The notes below the pieces were generated by a model. It was given only the letters and a program-made list of their open reading frames with translations, was not told the DNA's origin and ran no database searches. This document shows positions 9,720-19,736 of a stretch of 42,502 nucleotides of DNA, piece after piece. Within the stretch, counting starts at the first letter, position 1; every line of letters starts with the position of its first letter. The position numbers and the translations under genes were made by a program. The DNA is from Bacteroidota bacterium (GTDB lineage: Bacteria; Bacteroidota; Bacteroidia; Bacteroidales; GCA-2748055): NCBI GenBank assembly GCA_030637895.1, contig DAOWFP010000191.1, positions 1 to 42,502 of the forward strand, read 5' to 3'.

Positions 9720-11506
9720 TTAAAATAAGCGTCAATAAGTTCCATAATAGTGGTTCGGTCCAGGGGTTTGGTAACAAAATGATTGCACCCGGCCTTGATG
9801 CTCTCCTCCTTCTCCTCTGCCATCACAAATGCTGTTTGTGCGATAATAGGAACCGATGTATTGAATTTCCTGATTTTCCTGGCCGCATCAATGCCACTTA
9901 ATTCGGGCATTTTTATATCCATCAAAATGGCGTCAGGAGCAAGTTTCCTGGCCTGTGTTACCACTTCGCGTCCATTTCGTGCCCTGTGGATCGTGGCCCC
10001 GGTCTGCCTTAACATTTCTCTTACAAAAAGCCAGTTTAACTCCTCATCCTCTGCCACAAGGATATTCTTGTTGCTCCAATTATAGGTTTTATTGGAGATT
10101 AGACTCCTGGGCTCCTCCTCCGGTGCTTCAATCACCAGGGGAAGAGTAAAATAGAATGTGGTTCCTTTTCCTACCTCTGATTCCACCCACATCTCACCCC
10201 CCATCAAATTTACCAGGCTCTTGGATATGGGTAAGCCTAGTCCTGTCCCTGAGGGTTGAAGTGTGCGCTCTTGGTCCACCTGTCCAAACCTGTCAAAAAT
10301 AATCCGGCGCTTGTTATTGGGAATACCGATACCGCTATCGCTTACAAAAAACTCCACATGCCTGTTATTCCTCAAGTTATAACCAAAAGTTATGTGACCC
10401 TCCTTGGTGAACTTGATGGCATTACCGATGAGGTTGTTGAAGACCTGGCTTAGCCTGAAATCATCCGTAACAATGGTGAAATCGTTCGATTCATTCCCCC
10501 TCTTCAGTTTGAAGTCCACCAGCTTCTGTCCGGGAGCATCTCCCCTGATTCGGTGGAAAAATGAGGAATAAATCTCTTCGATGATTCCGTTTATTCGTAC
10601 GGGTTTATTGGATATTTTGAGCTGTCCTGATTCGATCTTTGAAATATCAATAATATCATCAATGATGTTCAACAATTGATTGGAAGAGTGATCAATATGT
10701 TTCAGGAAGAGGTCTTTTTTATCTTCGGAAAGTCCTGGATCCCTCAGCAGGTTGGCAAAGCCTACAATGCCATTCATGGGGGTCCTGATTTCATGTGACA
10801 TGTTGGCCAAAAAAGAGGTTTTCAAGCGGTCCGACTCTTCCGCCTGGTCCCTGGCTTCCTTCAGCTCATTTTCAATTCGCATCAGGTCCGAAACATCCTT
10901 AAAGATCCCCATGATCATGGTGATTACACCCCGTTCATCCCTGATGGGAATTTTATTCTTCTCCATCCAGAATCCCTCCACTCCTTCATCCTCAAAATAG
11001 ATAATCTTGTTGACAATGGGATCTCCTGTTTCGAGAATGTTGCGATCCTCCTCTATCATTTTCCGGGCCACCCGCTTGGTAAAAAACACCTTATTGGTTT
11101 TGCCGGCAGCTTCCTTAGGCTCGGAAACCCTGAGTAACTTTGCCATCATCCGGTTCACCCGGATATAGCGGTGGTGCCTGTCGGTAAAAAAGATGCAGAA
11201 AGGCATGGTTTCCAGGAGAACCTCCAGTGTTTCTCTTTCCCGGTGAAGAACCTGCAGGGAGCCAGTAAGATTGGTGACATCCTCCCGATATCCTCCGGTA
11301 CCCGAAATCTCTCCATGCTCATCTCTTACCGGGAAATGAACTGTTTTAATGATCCTCTTCTCCCTGGAATAGGTAGATTCACTGATTCTTCCGGTAAGAT
11401 GAACTTCACGCTCCCCCTCTTCGATCTGCCTTGCTTCCTCCTGGTCAAATACCGCCCTGTCTCGCTTGCCGATGACCTGGGATCTTTCCTTCCCCATGGT
11501 GGTCAA
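9716..11506 (-). CDS. hybrid sensor histidine kinase / response regulator with PAS domains
   Basis: H-box FLANMSHEIRTPMNGIVGF, N-box GNAIKFT, G-boxes DSGIGIP and GTGLGLPISK, and a C-terminal receiver (ILVAEDEE...AILMDIKMPELSG). The listed start is a TTG at 11506, with an ATG at 11497. The frame remains open and PAS-like up to the TAG at 11639-11641 (see findings), so the 5' end is unresolved. Confidence 0.85.
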   Translation of the reverse strand: MTTMGKERSQVIGKRDRAVFDQEEARQIEEGEREVHLTGRISESTYSREKRIIKTVHFPVRDEHGEISGTGGYREDVTNLTGSLQVLHRERETLEVLLETMPFCIFFTDRHHRYIRVNRMMAKLLRVSEPKEAAGKTNKVFFTKRVARKMIEEDRNILETGDPIVNKIIYFEDEGVEGFWMEKNKIPIRDERGVITMIMGIFKDVSDLMRIENELKEARDQAEESDRLKTSFLANMSHEIRTPMNGIVGFANLLRDPGLSEDKKDLFLKHIDHSSNQLLNIIDDIIDISKIESGQLKISNKPVRINGIIEEIYSSFFHRIRGDAPGQKLVDFKLKRGNESNDFTIVTDDFRLSQVFNNLIGNAIKFTKEGHITFGYNLRNNRHVEFFVSDSGIGIPNNKRRIIFDRFGQVDQERTLQPSGTGLGLPISKSLVNLMGGEMWVESEVGKGTTFYFTLPLVIEAPEEEPRSLISNKTYNWSNKNILVAEDEELNWLFVREMLRQTGATIHRARNGREVVTQARKLAPDAILMDIKMPELSGIDAARKIRKFNTSVPIIAQTAFVMAEEKEESIKAGCNHFVTKPLDRTTIMELIDAYFK

Positions 11507-11638
11507 AAACAGTTCGTTAACCTGGATAAATTTTCCGTTTTCATCCTTAAACCAGGTAGCGAAAGGCAGAGATTCTATCAGCGCCTTTAACTGCGATACC
11601 GTGCTATCGTTTATATGTTCTTTGTGCTTAGCTATGGT

Positions 11639-12490
11639 CTATCCTCCAAAAGTGCTGAATCCCGCGGGAATTTGTTTCTCTTTCGGTGTAATGCTCAACA
11701 GCGGTACCGTAGCTGTTTTAACCATCTGTTGTGCATATGAGCCGAAAAAAACATTCCATTTATCAATGGCGCTGGACATGATGGTGATCAGATCAGCGTC
11801 TACCGCTTCTGCATAGTTGCAAGTCAGGTTCGGAAGACTCTCGCCCACCAGTGTTTTGGCAACAGTCTGTAATTCCCTTGCCTTAAAATAGTTGATCACC
11901 TGGTTTGAATAGGACTCCAGCCTGGCCAGATCCTTTTTGTTGTTCCGGGTAGAAATGGATATTATATGTAACTCTGCTCCAAACAATTCCGCCAGACCTG
12001 CCACAAGGGGAGCTTTTTGACGTGTGTCAAGGTGCAACTTAATGGGCACAACAATTTTTTTAACCTGGTCGGGCATAGTGGTCCGCAGTGTAAAAACCGG
12101 TTGTTCGGTAGCGGCCATAATTTTCAAGGCATTGCTCCCGATGAAAAGCTCTTCAAAGCCTGATGCACCATGGGTGGAAGCAGAAATCACGGCGTCCTTA
12201 TAGGAATTTACCTGGTTTACAACCTCCCTGTATACCTTCCCCTTTTTTATAATATATCTGATTGTGGATTGATTTCCCAATGTGGGACCAAACTCCTTAA
12301 CGAGCTTTTTAAAATGGGCCGCTGCATATTTTTGTTCCAGTTCCACCACGCTGGGCTGAAAATTGGAACTATTGGTCAATACATAGACCATCTGGATATT
12401 GATCTTTTTCTTCTTAGAAAACAGAACGGCCCATTCAAGACCCTTCTGTGAATCCACTGAAAAATCGATAGGGACTATGAAATTGGTCAT
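11639..12490 (-). CDS. universal stress protein, tandem USP domains
   Basis: Two USP-like halves (FIVPIDFSVDSQKGLEWA..., HGASGFEELFIGSNALKIM ... VPIKLHLDTRQ...). The ATG at 12490 (MTNFIVPIDFS) is preferred to the TTG at 12526. Confidence 0.8.
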   Translation of the reverse strand: MTNFIVPIDFSVDSQKGLEWAVLFSKKKKINIQMVYVLTNSSNFQPSVVELEQKYAAAHFKKLVKEFGPTLGNQSTIRYIIKKGKVYREVVNQVNSYKDAVISASTHGASGFEELFIGSNALKIMAATEQPVFTLRTTMPDQVKKIVVPIKLHLDTRQKAPLVAGLAELFGAELHIISISTRNNKKDLARLESYSNQVINYFKARELQTVAKTLVGESLPNLTCNYAEAVDADLITIMSSAIDKWNVFFGSYAQQMVKTATVPLLSITPKEKQIPAGFSTFGG

Positions 12491-12542
12491 GGTTTCAGTT
12501 TTAGATATCTCGGCTAATTTAACCAAATCAGATGAGAATTAT

Positions 12543-12550
12543 TACTTTTG
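12543..12550 (+). promoter_or_regulatory. -7 promoter box TACTTTTG upstream of ROK kinase gene
   Basis: Exact TAnnTTTG match 29 nt upstream of the ATG at 12579. Confidence 0.5.
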
Positions 12551-12578
12551 CAAGGTATAATCAATAGACACAAATCAT

Positions 12579-13556
12579 ATGACTCTTGAAGTTGTTCTCG
12601 GAATTGATATTGGAGGAACATTTACGAAAATCGGACTGGTGGATCGAGAAGGATCTATCCATTTTGAAGATGAGATCAGCACCACCGGCTACGAGACCAT
12701 TGAAGAATTTATACATGCCCTTCATGCACATGTTATGAAAAGCCTGGAGCAGATCGAAACCTCTTTTCTGTTATTGGGTATCGGTGTAGGTGCCCCCAAC
12801 GGCAACTATTATGAAGGGACCATTGAGAACGCTCCCAACCTGGCCTGGAAAGGAAAAATTGAATTTGTAAAACTGATGGAAAATCAGTTTCACCTTCCTA
12901 TCCTTGTCACCAATGATGCCAATGCGGCCGCCCTGGGTGAGATGCTTTTTGGTGATGCCGGCGATCTGCTTAACTTTGTGATGATCACCCTGGGTACCGG
13001 TCTTGGTAGTGGTCTTGTGGTGAATGGAGATATTATCTACGGACATGATGGATTTGCCGGAGAGCTTGGACATGTGCTTGTTTATGACCATGGCAGGCAG
13101 TGTGGGTGCGGCAAAAGGGGTTGCCTTGAGGCTTATGTGTCGGCCACGGGTATCAAACGAACTGTTTATGAGTTAATGGCGGAGGAGAATATTGAGAGTG
13201 ACTTTCGAAAAATTCCCTTCTCCAAACTAAAACCCAAAATGATTACGGCCCTGGCCGAATCAGGCGATCCCATCGCCATCAAAGCCTTTGAAAGAACCGG
13301 CTACCTTCTGGGGCGCGCCCTGGCCGACACAGTGGCCCATATCAGCCCATCTCGTATTTTCATTTTTGGAGGACTGGCCAAGGCAGGGAAATGGATTATC
13401 GACCCTGCTAAACTTAGCATGGAAGAGCACCTCTTGCCCATCTACCAGAATAAGATTGATATTGTTCCTTCCGCTCTCTTGAAAAAGAATATTGCCGTTC
13501 TTGGGGCTGCAGCACTGATCTGGAAGCGCCTGGATAAGAAGACAGAGAATAGCTAA
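12579..13556 (+). CDS. ROK family sugar kinase (glucokinase-like)
   Basis: N-terminal LGIDIGGTFTKIGLV phosphate-binding motif and the ROK zinc motif CGCGKRGCLEAY. Confidence 0.85.
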   Translation: MTLEVVLGIDIGGTFTKIGLVDREGSIHFEDEISTTGYETIEEFIHALHAHVMKSLEQIETSFLLLGIGVGAPNGNYYEGTIENAPNLAWKGKIEFVKLMENQFHLPILVTNDANAAALGEMLFGDAGDLLNFVMITLGTGLGSGLVVNGDIIYGHDGFAGELGHVLVYDHGRQCGCGKRGCLEAYVSATGIKRTVYELMAEENIESDFRKIPFSKLKPKMITALAESGDPIAIKAFERTGYLLGRALADTVAHISPSRIFIFGGLAKAGKWIIDPAKLSMEEHLLPIYQNKIDIVPSALLKKNIAVLGAAALIWKRLDKKTENS

Positions 13557-13558
13557 TC

Positions 13559-15349
13559 TTATTTTTCCAGGCTTACTGAAACATCATGATCCCAGTTGGA
13601 CCTGACCTCTACTGTCACAGGTAGCAGTTCCACAGGCTCCGGTTGTAACTTCTTTAAATAATCGCCAGTATCCCATTTGCCGTTTTCATTAAGGTCGTGG
13701 ATAAATTTGAACTTGTATTCTTTGGGAGAAAGGAAAGGAAAAACATATTGTCCGTCAGCTTTCACAATTCGCTCCTCAACCATGGTCTCACCACTGTATA
13801 ACTGAACCAATACCTGGTTATTTACATTAGTCAGTGACAGAAGAATCTGTCCGTAAAACTCCAAATCACGGGTTCTGAAACTTACATCGATGGTATCGTG
13901 TGAGATTGGATAGATGCTTGTAATGGCTCCGGGGAGTGCCAAAAACCGATATTTGGAGGCAGACTCCCATGTGGCAGACAGAGTGGCCCGATATGGATTC
14001 ATGGTATCCGCTTTCACCACAAAAGGAAGCGGAATCTCTATGGAATCAGGAATATGATAGAGCGAGAACAGTGTATCATTCAGGCTCTCCACAGGAAAAT
14101 CAAGAAGCATTGACAGCTCACGGTTCATATCCTGGTTCCCATTATTTCTCATGGTATGAATCTCCAGTTTTTCTTCCTCCTTCTCTGTTGCTTGCTCCCT
14201 CCTGCCAGAGCTCGTTTTCTCCCGGTAGTTAAACAACAGGGTGTCCCTCCTGACCACAAACTGCTCGAGTGTATCCTTTACAGTATAATCCACAACTATC
14301 TTAAGGGTGTCCATTTTATAGTGTGCCGAATCCATTATCCAGAGTGTCAGGCTGTCGCGGTTCGTCCCGTAATGGTCAAGGAAACGGGGCTCGCTCTCAT
14401 CGGGTGACTGCAGGGTTCTGAAAGCAAATGTATCGCTAAGAGGAAGTGCAAATACAAGTTGTATTTTTCGCCTGTCTTCTCTAGTGTTATTTGTCAGATA
14501 CTGAATATCCGATGCTTCGGTAAATAGCATCAGGTCGATATAAATGGCATTGAGATCCGGGCCGCTATCGACAATGGAGTCCGATACAAATCCAGTGGAG
14601 TCATCATAAATGGTGTCGGGAGTTGCAAGAGAAACCATTGAATCTCCCAGCAACTGCCGGGCTAAATCTGCATTTATAACCAGACTTGTGTCCAGAAATG
14701 CTATCTCCTCCGTAGGCAGGTCAAAGAGAAAGTTGTTGTTCCCATCTTTCAAGGCAAATATCTTATACACATCGGGCCTAAGGTTATTCACACTGAAGAC
14801 CCCGCTATCATTCGAACGCCCAACATAAAGAGGTATGTCAATTAAGGGCACCGAGTCCACGAGATCGGTGTAGAGCATAATGGAGATAGGGTCATCCGGC
14901 GCTTCAAGATTTTCCGCATATTTCAGGGTTCCCCTTACAGACATGGAGTCCAGTATATCGCCTGTGGAAAAAACATATTCGAAATTTTGAAGTTTGTTTC
15001 CTTCGTGAAGGTCCTTTATGGCATCTCCAAAATTAAAGGTGTAGGTGGTGTTTGTCTTTAACTCCTCTTCGAACTCAATAATCAGGGTCTTTTTCTTCAG
15101 TTTTACCTCTGGCTGCTCTTCCATGGGAGGAGAGACAATTAGTTGCTGGTTCACATTCTCGAGAACAATGTATTCATCAAATGTAACCTCGATTTTTTTT
15201 GCTTTAAATCGTGTGGAATAGTTAGGGGGATCGCTCTCAAGCGCTACAGGAGGATCCTCATCGAGCGGACCGCCGGAGGGGCTTCCTTGTTGAGCGCAGC
15301 TCCAGCAAAAAAGTATAAGAGGTAGATACCAGAAATATTTAACAGACAC
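13559..15349 (-). CDS. Ig-like (SbsA_Ig-type) domain-containing putative lipoprotein
   Basis: GTG start. Signal sequence ending in Cys (LPLILFCWSCAQQ), then PPVALESDPPNYSTRFKAKKIEVTFDEYI, typical of the N-terminal Ig-like domain of a conserved Bacteroidota lipoprotein family. The rest is unassigned. Confidence 0.6.
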   Translation of the reverse strand: MSVKYFWYLPLILFCWSCAQQGSPSGGPLDEDPPVALESDPPNYSTRFKAKKIEVTFDEYIVLENVNQQLIVSPPMEEQPEVKLKKKTLIIEFEEELKTNTTYTFNFGDAIKDLHEGNKLQNFEYVFSTGDILDSMSVRGTLKYAENLEAPDDPISIMLYTDLVDSVPLIDIPLYVGRSNDSGVFSVNNLRPDVYKIFALKDGNNNFLFDLPTEEIAFLDTSLVINADLARQLLGDSMVSLATPDTIYDDSTGFVSDSIVDSGPDLNAIYIDLMLFTEASDIQYLTNNTREDRRKIQLVFALPLSDTFAFRTLQSPDESEPRFLDHYGTNRDSLTLWIMDSAHYKMDTLKIVVDYTVKDTLEQFVVRRDTLLFNYREKTSSGRREQATEKEEEKLEIHTMRNNGNQDMNRELSMLLDFPVESLNDTLFSLYHIPDSIEIPLPFVVKADTMNPYRATLSATWESASKYRFLALPGAITSIYPISHDTIDVSFRTRDLEFYGQILLSLTNVNNQVLVQLYSGETMVEERIVKADGQYVFPFLSPKEYKFKFIHDLNENGKWDTGDYLKKLQPEPVELLPVTVEVRSNWDHDVSVSLEK

Positions 15350-15374
15350 GTTTTGTCAATTTAGTGCAAACATA

Positions 15375-15382
15375 CAAAGATA
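15375..15382 (-). promoter_or_regulatory. -7 promoter box TATCTTTG (minus strand) upstream of 15349 gene
   Basis: The reverse complement of caaagata is an exact TAnnTTTG match, 26 nt upstream of the GTG start. Confidence 0.45.
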
Positions 15383-15413
15383 TAAGCTTCAGGTGAAACC
15401 CCCGGAATGTTAT

Positions 15414-15421
15414 TATATTTG
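15414..15421 (+). promoter_or_regulatory. -7 promoter box TATATTTG upstream of lgt operon
   Basis: Exact TAnnTTTG match 28 nt upstream of the lgt ATG. It is the only box before the six tightly linked genes 15449-20347. Confidence 0.5.
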
Positions 15422-15448
15422 TAGCTTTAACAATAAACGCTCACCGCT

Positions 15449-16321
15449 ATGATTTTTGATGCCATCACCTGGAATGTGGACCCCGAAATATTCAGCATTG
15501 GACAATTGAGCATCCGATGGTATGGTTTGATGTTTGCTTCTGCCTTCCTCTCCGGTTACATTGTTTTTACCAGGTACCTAGCCACGGAAAGGCTTACTTC
15601 AGAAATGATGGATCAACTGCTGATTTACATAGCTGTGGGTACCGTGATCGGGGCCAGGCTGGGTCATTGTTTTTTTTATGAGCCGGACTACTTTCTGGAA
15701 AATCCCCTGGAGATTCTTAAGATATGGAAAGGTGGACTTGCCAGTCACGGGGCCGCCTTCGGCATCCTGCTTTCACTCTGGCTGTACATCCGCAAATACA
15801 AACTCTCGTTCCTTTGGCTGATTGACCGTATTGTGATTGTGGTGGCCCTGGGGGGGGCTTTTATACGCCTGGGTAATCTGTTCAATTCTGAGATTTACGG
15901 ACTTCCCACCGAACTTCCCTGGGGATTTGAGTTTGTAAGGGACAGGCTCTATGATTCCAACACTGGTGAACTTCTTCCCACTGTTGCACGCCACCCTACT
16001 CAGCTCTATGAAGCGCTTAGTTATATCGCGATTTTTACGGTGCTGTTTATATTCTACCGAAAAATGTACTTGAAGGTTCGTGACGGTTTTATATTTGGAG
16101 TGTTTATGATCCTCCTCTTCTCTGCCCGTTTCCTAATTGAATATGTGAAAAACGACCAGGTTGCTTTTGAAGCCGGGATGCAGTTCAACATGGGACAATT
16201 ACTAAGTCTGCCCTTTATTCTTGCAGGAGTGATCATGATTTTCTGGACCTCTAAGCGACCCCGCTACTTTACACAGGAGCCCATTCCTAAAGCCCCGAAA
16301 AAAGGAAGAAAGGCCAGCTAA
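15449..16321 (+). CDS. lgt: prolipoprotein diacylglyceryl transferase
   Basis: [16 protein letters not shown] and [11 protein letters not shown] motifs, a polytopic membrane protein of 290 aa. Confidence 0.9.
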   Translation: MIFDAITWNVDPEIFSIGQLSIRWYGLMFASAFLSGYIVFTRYLATERLTSEMMDQLLIYIAVGTVIGARLGHCFFYEPDYFLENPLEILKIWKGGLASHGAAFGILLSLWLYIRKYKLSFLWLIDRIVIVVALGGAFIRLGNLFNSEIYGLPTELPWGFEFVRDRLYDSNTGELLPTVARHPTQLYEALSYIAIFTVLFIFYRKMYLKVRDGFIFGVFMILLFSARFLIEYVKNDQVAFEAGMQFNMGQLLSLPFILAGVIMIFWTSKRPRYFTQEPIPKAPKKGRKAS

Positions 16322-16332
16322 ACAGTTCCTCT

Positions 16333-17139
16333 ATGGAGTCAGGAAATTTCTGGTTTGCATTCGGGCTCACGCTCTTTGCCGGCTTATCGACCGGCATCGG
16401 GAGCGCTCTGGCTTTTTTCACAAAAAGTACCAACACCCGGTTTCTTTCTGTCAGTCTTGGATTTTCAGCAGGGGTAATGATCTATGTGTCCTTTGTTGAG
16501 ATTCTCCAAAAAGCACGCATATCACTCATCCCCGCTTATGGAGAGAGTCTAGCTGCCTGGTACGCTGTGCTGTCCTTTTTTGCCGGTATCTTCATTATTG
16601 CCGTCATCGATAAGTTGATTCCTTCACCCGAAAATCCACACGAGATTAAAAGGATAGAGGATATGGCAAAAAACAATAACAGGGATCCGCGACTGGTACG
16701 AATGGGTATGTTTACAGCCCTGGCTATTGGTATACATAACTTCCCCGAGGGAATCGCTACCTTTATGGCTGGATTAATCGATCCCACGCTGGCTATCCCC
16801 ATCGCTGTGGCTATTGCCATCCATAATATCCCCGAAGGTATTGCTGTTTCAATTCCCATATCCTACGGTACGGGAAGTAAAAAGAAGGGATTCTTTCTCT
16901 CATTTCTATCTGGATTGGCAGAACCCATAGGAGCCCTGCTCGCCTGGTTCATACTGATGCCATTTCTTAATGATAACCTTTTTGGTTTTATCTTTGCCGC
17001 GGTAGCTGGTATTATGGTCTTTATATCCATCGATGAACTACTGCCTACAGCCAGGGAGTATGGTTTACATCACCATGCCGTTTACGGCTTTTTGGCCGGT
17101 ATGGCTGTTATGGCAATTAGCCTCTTACTGTTTATTTAG
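16333..17139 (+). CDS. zupT: ZIP-family divalent metal (zinc) transporter ZupT
   Basis: Duplicated ZIP signatures [10 protein letters not shown] and [10 protein letters not shown], ~8 TM segments, 268 aa. Confidence 0.85.
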   Translation: MESGNFWFAFGLTLFAGLSTGIGSALAFFTKSTNTRFLSVSLGFSAGVMIYVSFVEILQKARISLIPAYGESLAAWYAVLSFFAGIFIIAVIDKLIPSPENPHEIKRIEDMAKNNNRDPRLVRMGMFTALAIGIHNFPEGIATFMAGLIDPTLAIPIAVAIAIHNIPEGIAVSIPISYGTGSKKKGFFLSFLSGLAEPIGALLAWFILMPFLNDNLFGFIFAAVAGIMVFISIDELLPTAREYGLHHHAVYGFLAGMAVMAISLLLFI

Positions 17140-18066
17140 ATGTCTGAAAAAAAGAGAGTTAAGCGGAAGCACACACATCACCATCACCCGGTAAACGAAA
17201 ATAATCTGCTGGCGGCAACCTTTCTGAACCTGGTTATTACTGTTGTGGAAATAGCCGGTGGCCTCCTGTCGGGTAGTCTGGCCCTTCTCTCCGATGCCCT
17301 TCATAATCTCAGTGACACCTTTGCCACTTTTATCGCTTATCTGGCCATCTTGATTGGCAAGCGCGAAGCAAACCAAAAAAAGACCTTTGGATATAAGCGG
17401 ATGGAGATCCTGGCGGCCCTGATCAATGCGGTTATCCTTATTGTAATGAGTGTCTTCCTCATAAAAGAGGCATGGCACAGGTGGCAAAACCCGGCTCCCA
17501 TCAATTCAATGATCATGCTTGTGGTGGGAATGATCGGATTGCTGGCCAACCTGTACGCGATGCTCATCCTTAGAAAAGATGCCGGTAAAAGCCTCAACGT
17601 GAAGGCTGCCTATGTACACCTGATTGGGGACAGCCTCTCTTCCGTGGTAGTAATCATTGGTAGTGTGCTGATACGCATCTATAAGATCGACTGGATCGAC
17701 CCCATTATTACTGTGCTCATTTCAATCTATATTATCCGGTCCGGTTTTGTTATCCTGAAGGAATCTGTTAACATCCTAATGCAATCGGCCCCGGATCATC
17801 TCGATCTTACCCTCATAAAAAACAGGGTTGAAAAAACGCCGGAGGTTTTAAATATCCACCATATCCATGCCTGGATGCTCACCGACCAGGAAGTTCACCT
17901 GGAAGCCCATGTAGAATTAAAGAGTGATCTAAAGCTGAGCCAGATAAAAGAGATACAACACCTTATCGAAAGGTATCTGCGCCTGGATTATGGAATTGCA
18001 CACATCACCCTTCAATTTGAGTTTAAAACAAACCATGCCCCCAGCCTGATTAATACAAAAACATAA
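17140..18066 (+). CDS. cation diffusion facilitator exporter (CzcD/ZitB-like) with His-rich N-terminus
   Basis: KRKHTHHHHP N-terminal tract and CDF motifs SGSLALLSDALHNLSD and HLIGDSLSSV. The ATG immediately follows the zupT TAG (TAGATG). Confidence 0.85.
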   Translation: MSEKKRVKRKHTHHHHPVNENNLLAATFLNLVITVVEIAGGLLSGSLALLSDALHNLSDTFATFIAYLAILIGKREANQKKTFGYKRMEILAALINAVILIVMSVFLIKEAWHRWQNPAPINSMIMLVVGMIGLLANLYAMLILRKDAGKSLNVKAAYVHLIGDSLSSVVVIIGSVLIRIYKIDWIDPIITVLISIYIIRSGFVILKESVNILMQSAPDHLDLTLIKNRVEKTPEVLNIHHIHAWMLTDQEVHLEAHVELKSDLKLSQIKEIQHLIERYLRLDYGIAHITLQFEFKTNHAPSLINTKT

Positions 18067-18069
18067 CAA

Positions 18070-19005
18070 ATGACAAGGGAACAAAAGATCATTCGCGCAT
18101 CCTGGTGGGCCATTGCGGGCAATGCTCTGCTCGCTTTTCTTAAACTGGGAGCAGGATTTATTTCCGGGAGCTTTGCGGTGATTGCGGATGGAATTGACTC
18201 TTTATCAGATATTGTTTCCTCGGTGGTGGTGCTTATTGCAGCCCGAATCATTGCCCGCCCCCCCAATATCAAATTCCCCTACGGATATAAAAAAGCCGAT
18301 ACCGTCGCCACAAAAGTGCTCTCGTTTATCATCTTCTTTGCGGGCGCCCAGCTGGCTTATTCCACCATACGGATCCTGGTGGCCGGAACCTCCATGGAGA
18401 CCCCCGGCAAGCTTGCCATCTGGGTCACTCTGATTTCAATTGTTGGAAAATTGATTCTTACTCTTTTTCTTTCCCGAACAGGTAAAAAGGTAGAAAGTAC
18501 CATGCTTATTGCCAATGCCAGAAATATGCGTAATGATATCCTTCTCTCCCTGAGCGTCCTGGCCAGTCTTTTTTTTACGTTGATCCTGAAAGAACCCCTC
18601 ATCGACCGCATCATTGCCCTTTTGATTAGCCTGTTTATAATGTATGTAGGATTTCGGATCTTTATGAAAACCAATATCGACCTGATGGATGGCATCGATA
18701 ATACCGGGGTCTACGATAAACTTTTCGAATCGGTTCGTTCCGTTGAGGGCGCCCATAATCCGCACCGGGTAAGGGCGCGGAAAATTGGGCATTACTATAT
18801 GATCAACCTCGATATCGAGGTTGATCCTGAGCTAAGTGTTAAAGATGCGCATGATATCGCCAAAAATGTGGAGAACAGCATTAAATCGAACCTTCGCAAC
18901 ATATACGATGTTATGGTTCATGTGGAACCTCTCGGCAACCTGGAGGAGGATGAGAAGTATGGCATTACTGAAACAGAAATTCAAAATCAAAATATAAATA
19001 GATGA
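18070..19005 (+). CDS. cation diffusion facilitator exporter (FieF/MamB-like branch)
   Basis: SGSFAVIADGIDSLSD TM2 motif, six TM segments and a C-terminal cytoplasmic domain. It starts 3 nt after the preceding stop. Confidence 0.8.
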   Translation: MTREQKIIRASWWAIAGNALLAFLKLGAGFISGSFAVIADGIDSLSDIVSSVVVLIAARIIARPPNIKFPYGYKKADTVATKVLSFIIFFAGAQLAYSTIRILVAGTSMETPGKLAIWVTLISIVGKLILTLFLSRTGKKVESTMLIANARNMRNDILLSLSVLASLFFTLILKEPLIDRIIALLISLFIMYVGFRIFMKTNIDLMDGIDNTGVYDKLFESVRSVEGAHNPHRVRARKIGHYYMINLDIEVDPELSVKDAHDIAKNVENSIKSNLRNIYDVMVHVEPLGNLEEDEKYGITETEIQNQNINR

Positions 19006-19736
19006 TTACCCGGGAAAGACTCATGTACAGGGTGATACTTGAGAATCTTCAGCTTCTGCCCATTCTGCCCCGATTCAACCTGAAACCCGGCTTTGGAGAA
19101 CTTAGTGTGGATGAGGTGTGCCAGGCACATGAGGTGAACACAGATTTTTTTCTTGAAATTGCCAATGCTTACCTGGATGAATTATATATCCCCGGAGAAG
19201 GCCTATCTCTCTTCTCTCTTGATACCATGGTGAACTATATTACATCGACACACACTTACTATACAGATATTGCCTTGCCCACGGTAGAGGAAAAAATACA
19301 CCGGCTAATGGAAGGCTCTAAGCTTTCAGAAAAGGAAATCCACCTGGTTACCAACTTTTTCAATGACTACAAGAAGGATTTTATGGCCCATATCACCCAG
19401 GAAGAGGAGCATATTCTGCCTTATGTGCTTGAACTGGAAAGGCAATCTGGCCTGGAGAAGCCCGATCCCGGGTTTATACAAAAGCTTCAAAGCTACTCCA
19501 TCAGTGAATTTGAAAAAGAGCACGACCGTTTGGAAATCAGTCTAAAGCATCTTTCTGAACTAATCATCAAATACCTGCCTCCCTTTGATGATCTTCACCT
19601 GTGCCACGAGGTTCTCAATGAGCTGGCCGGACTGATGAAAGACCTGGTGGATCATGCCGATGTAGAAGATAAGGTGTTGATTCCCCGGGTTGCCGAGTTG
19701 GAAGTCTCTCTACTTAATAGCGCAAACTCTGTATGA
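19002..19736 (+). CDS. hemerythrin-like di-iron domain protein (RIC/ScdA/YtfE-like)
   Basis: Repeated H...E / H..EE..L.P patterns (THTYYTDIALPTVEEKIH, FMAHITQEEEHILPYV, EKEHDRLE, LVDHADVEDKVLIPRV). ATGA overlap with the upstream CDF gene. An alternative start exists at 19023. Confidence 0.6.
   Translation: MITRERLMYRVILENLQLLPILPRFNLKPGFGELSVDEVCQAHEVNTDFFLEIANAYLDELYIPGEGLSLFSLDTMVNYITSTHTYYTDIALPTVEEKIHRLMEGSKLSEKEIHLVTNFFNDYKKDFMAHITQEEEHILPYVLELERQSGLEKPDPGFIQKLQSYSISEFEKEHDRLEISLKHLSELIIKYLPPFDDLHLCHEVLNELAGLMKDLVDHADVEDKVLIPRVAELEVSLLNSANSV

Noticed and set aside
17137-17142. zupT, CDF-1 and CDF-2 are all in the same reading frame, and the zupT TAG is followed directly by ATG. I considered this as possible stop-codon read-through like the USP/kinase junction.
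   Set aside because: Each downstream gene has its own ATG at the junction and encodes a complete, independent transporter fold. A shared frame is expected one time in three. Ordinary translational coupling explains it.
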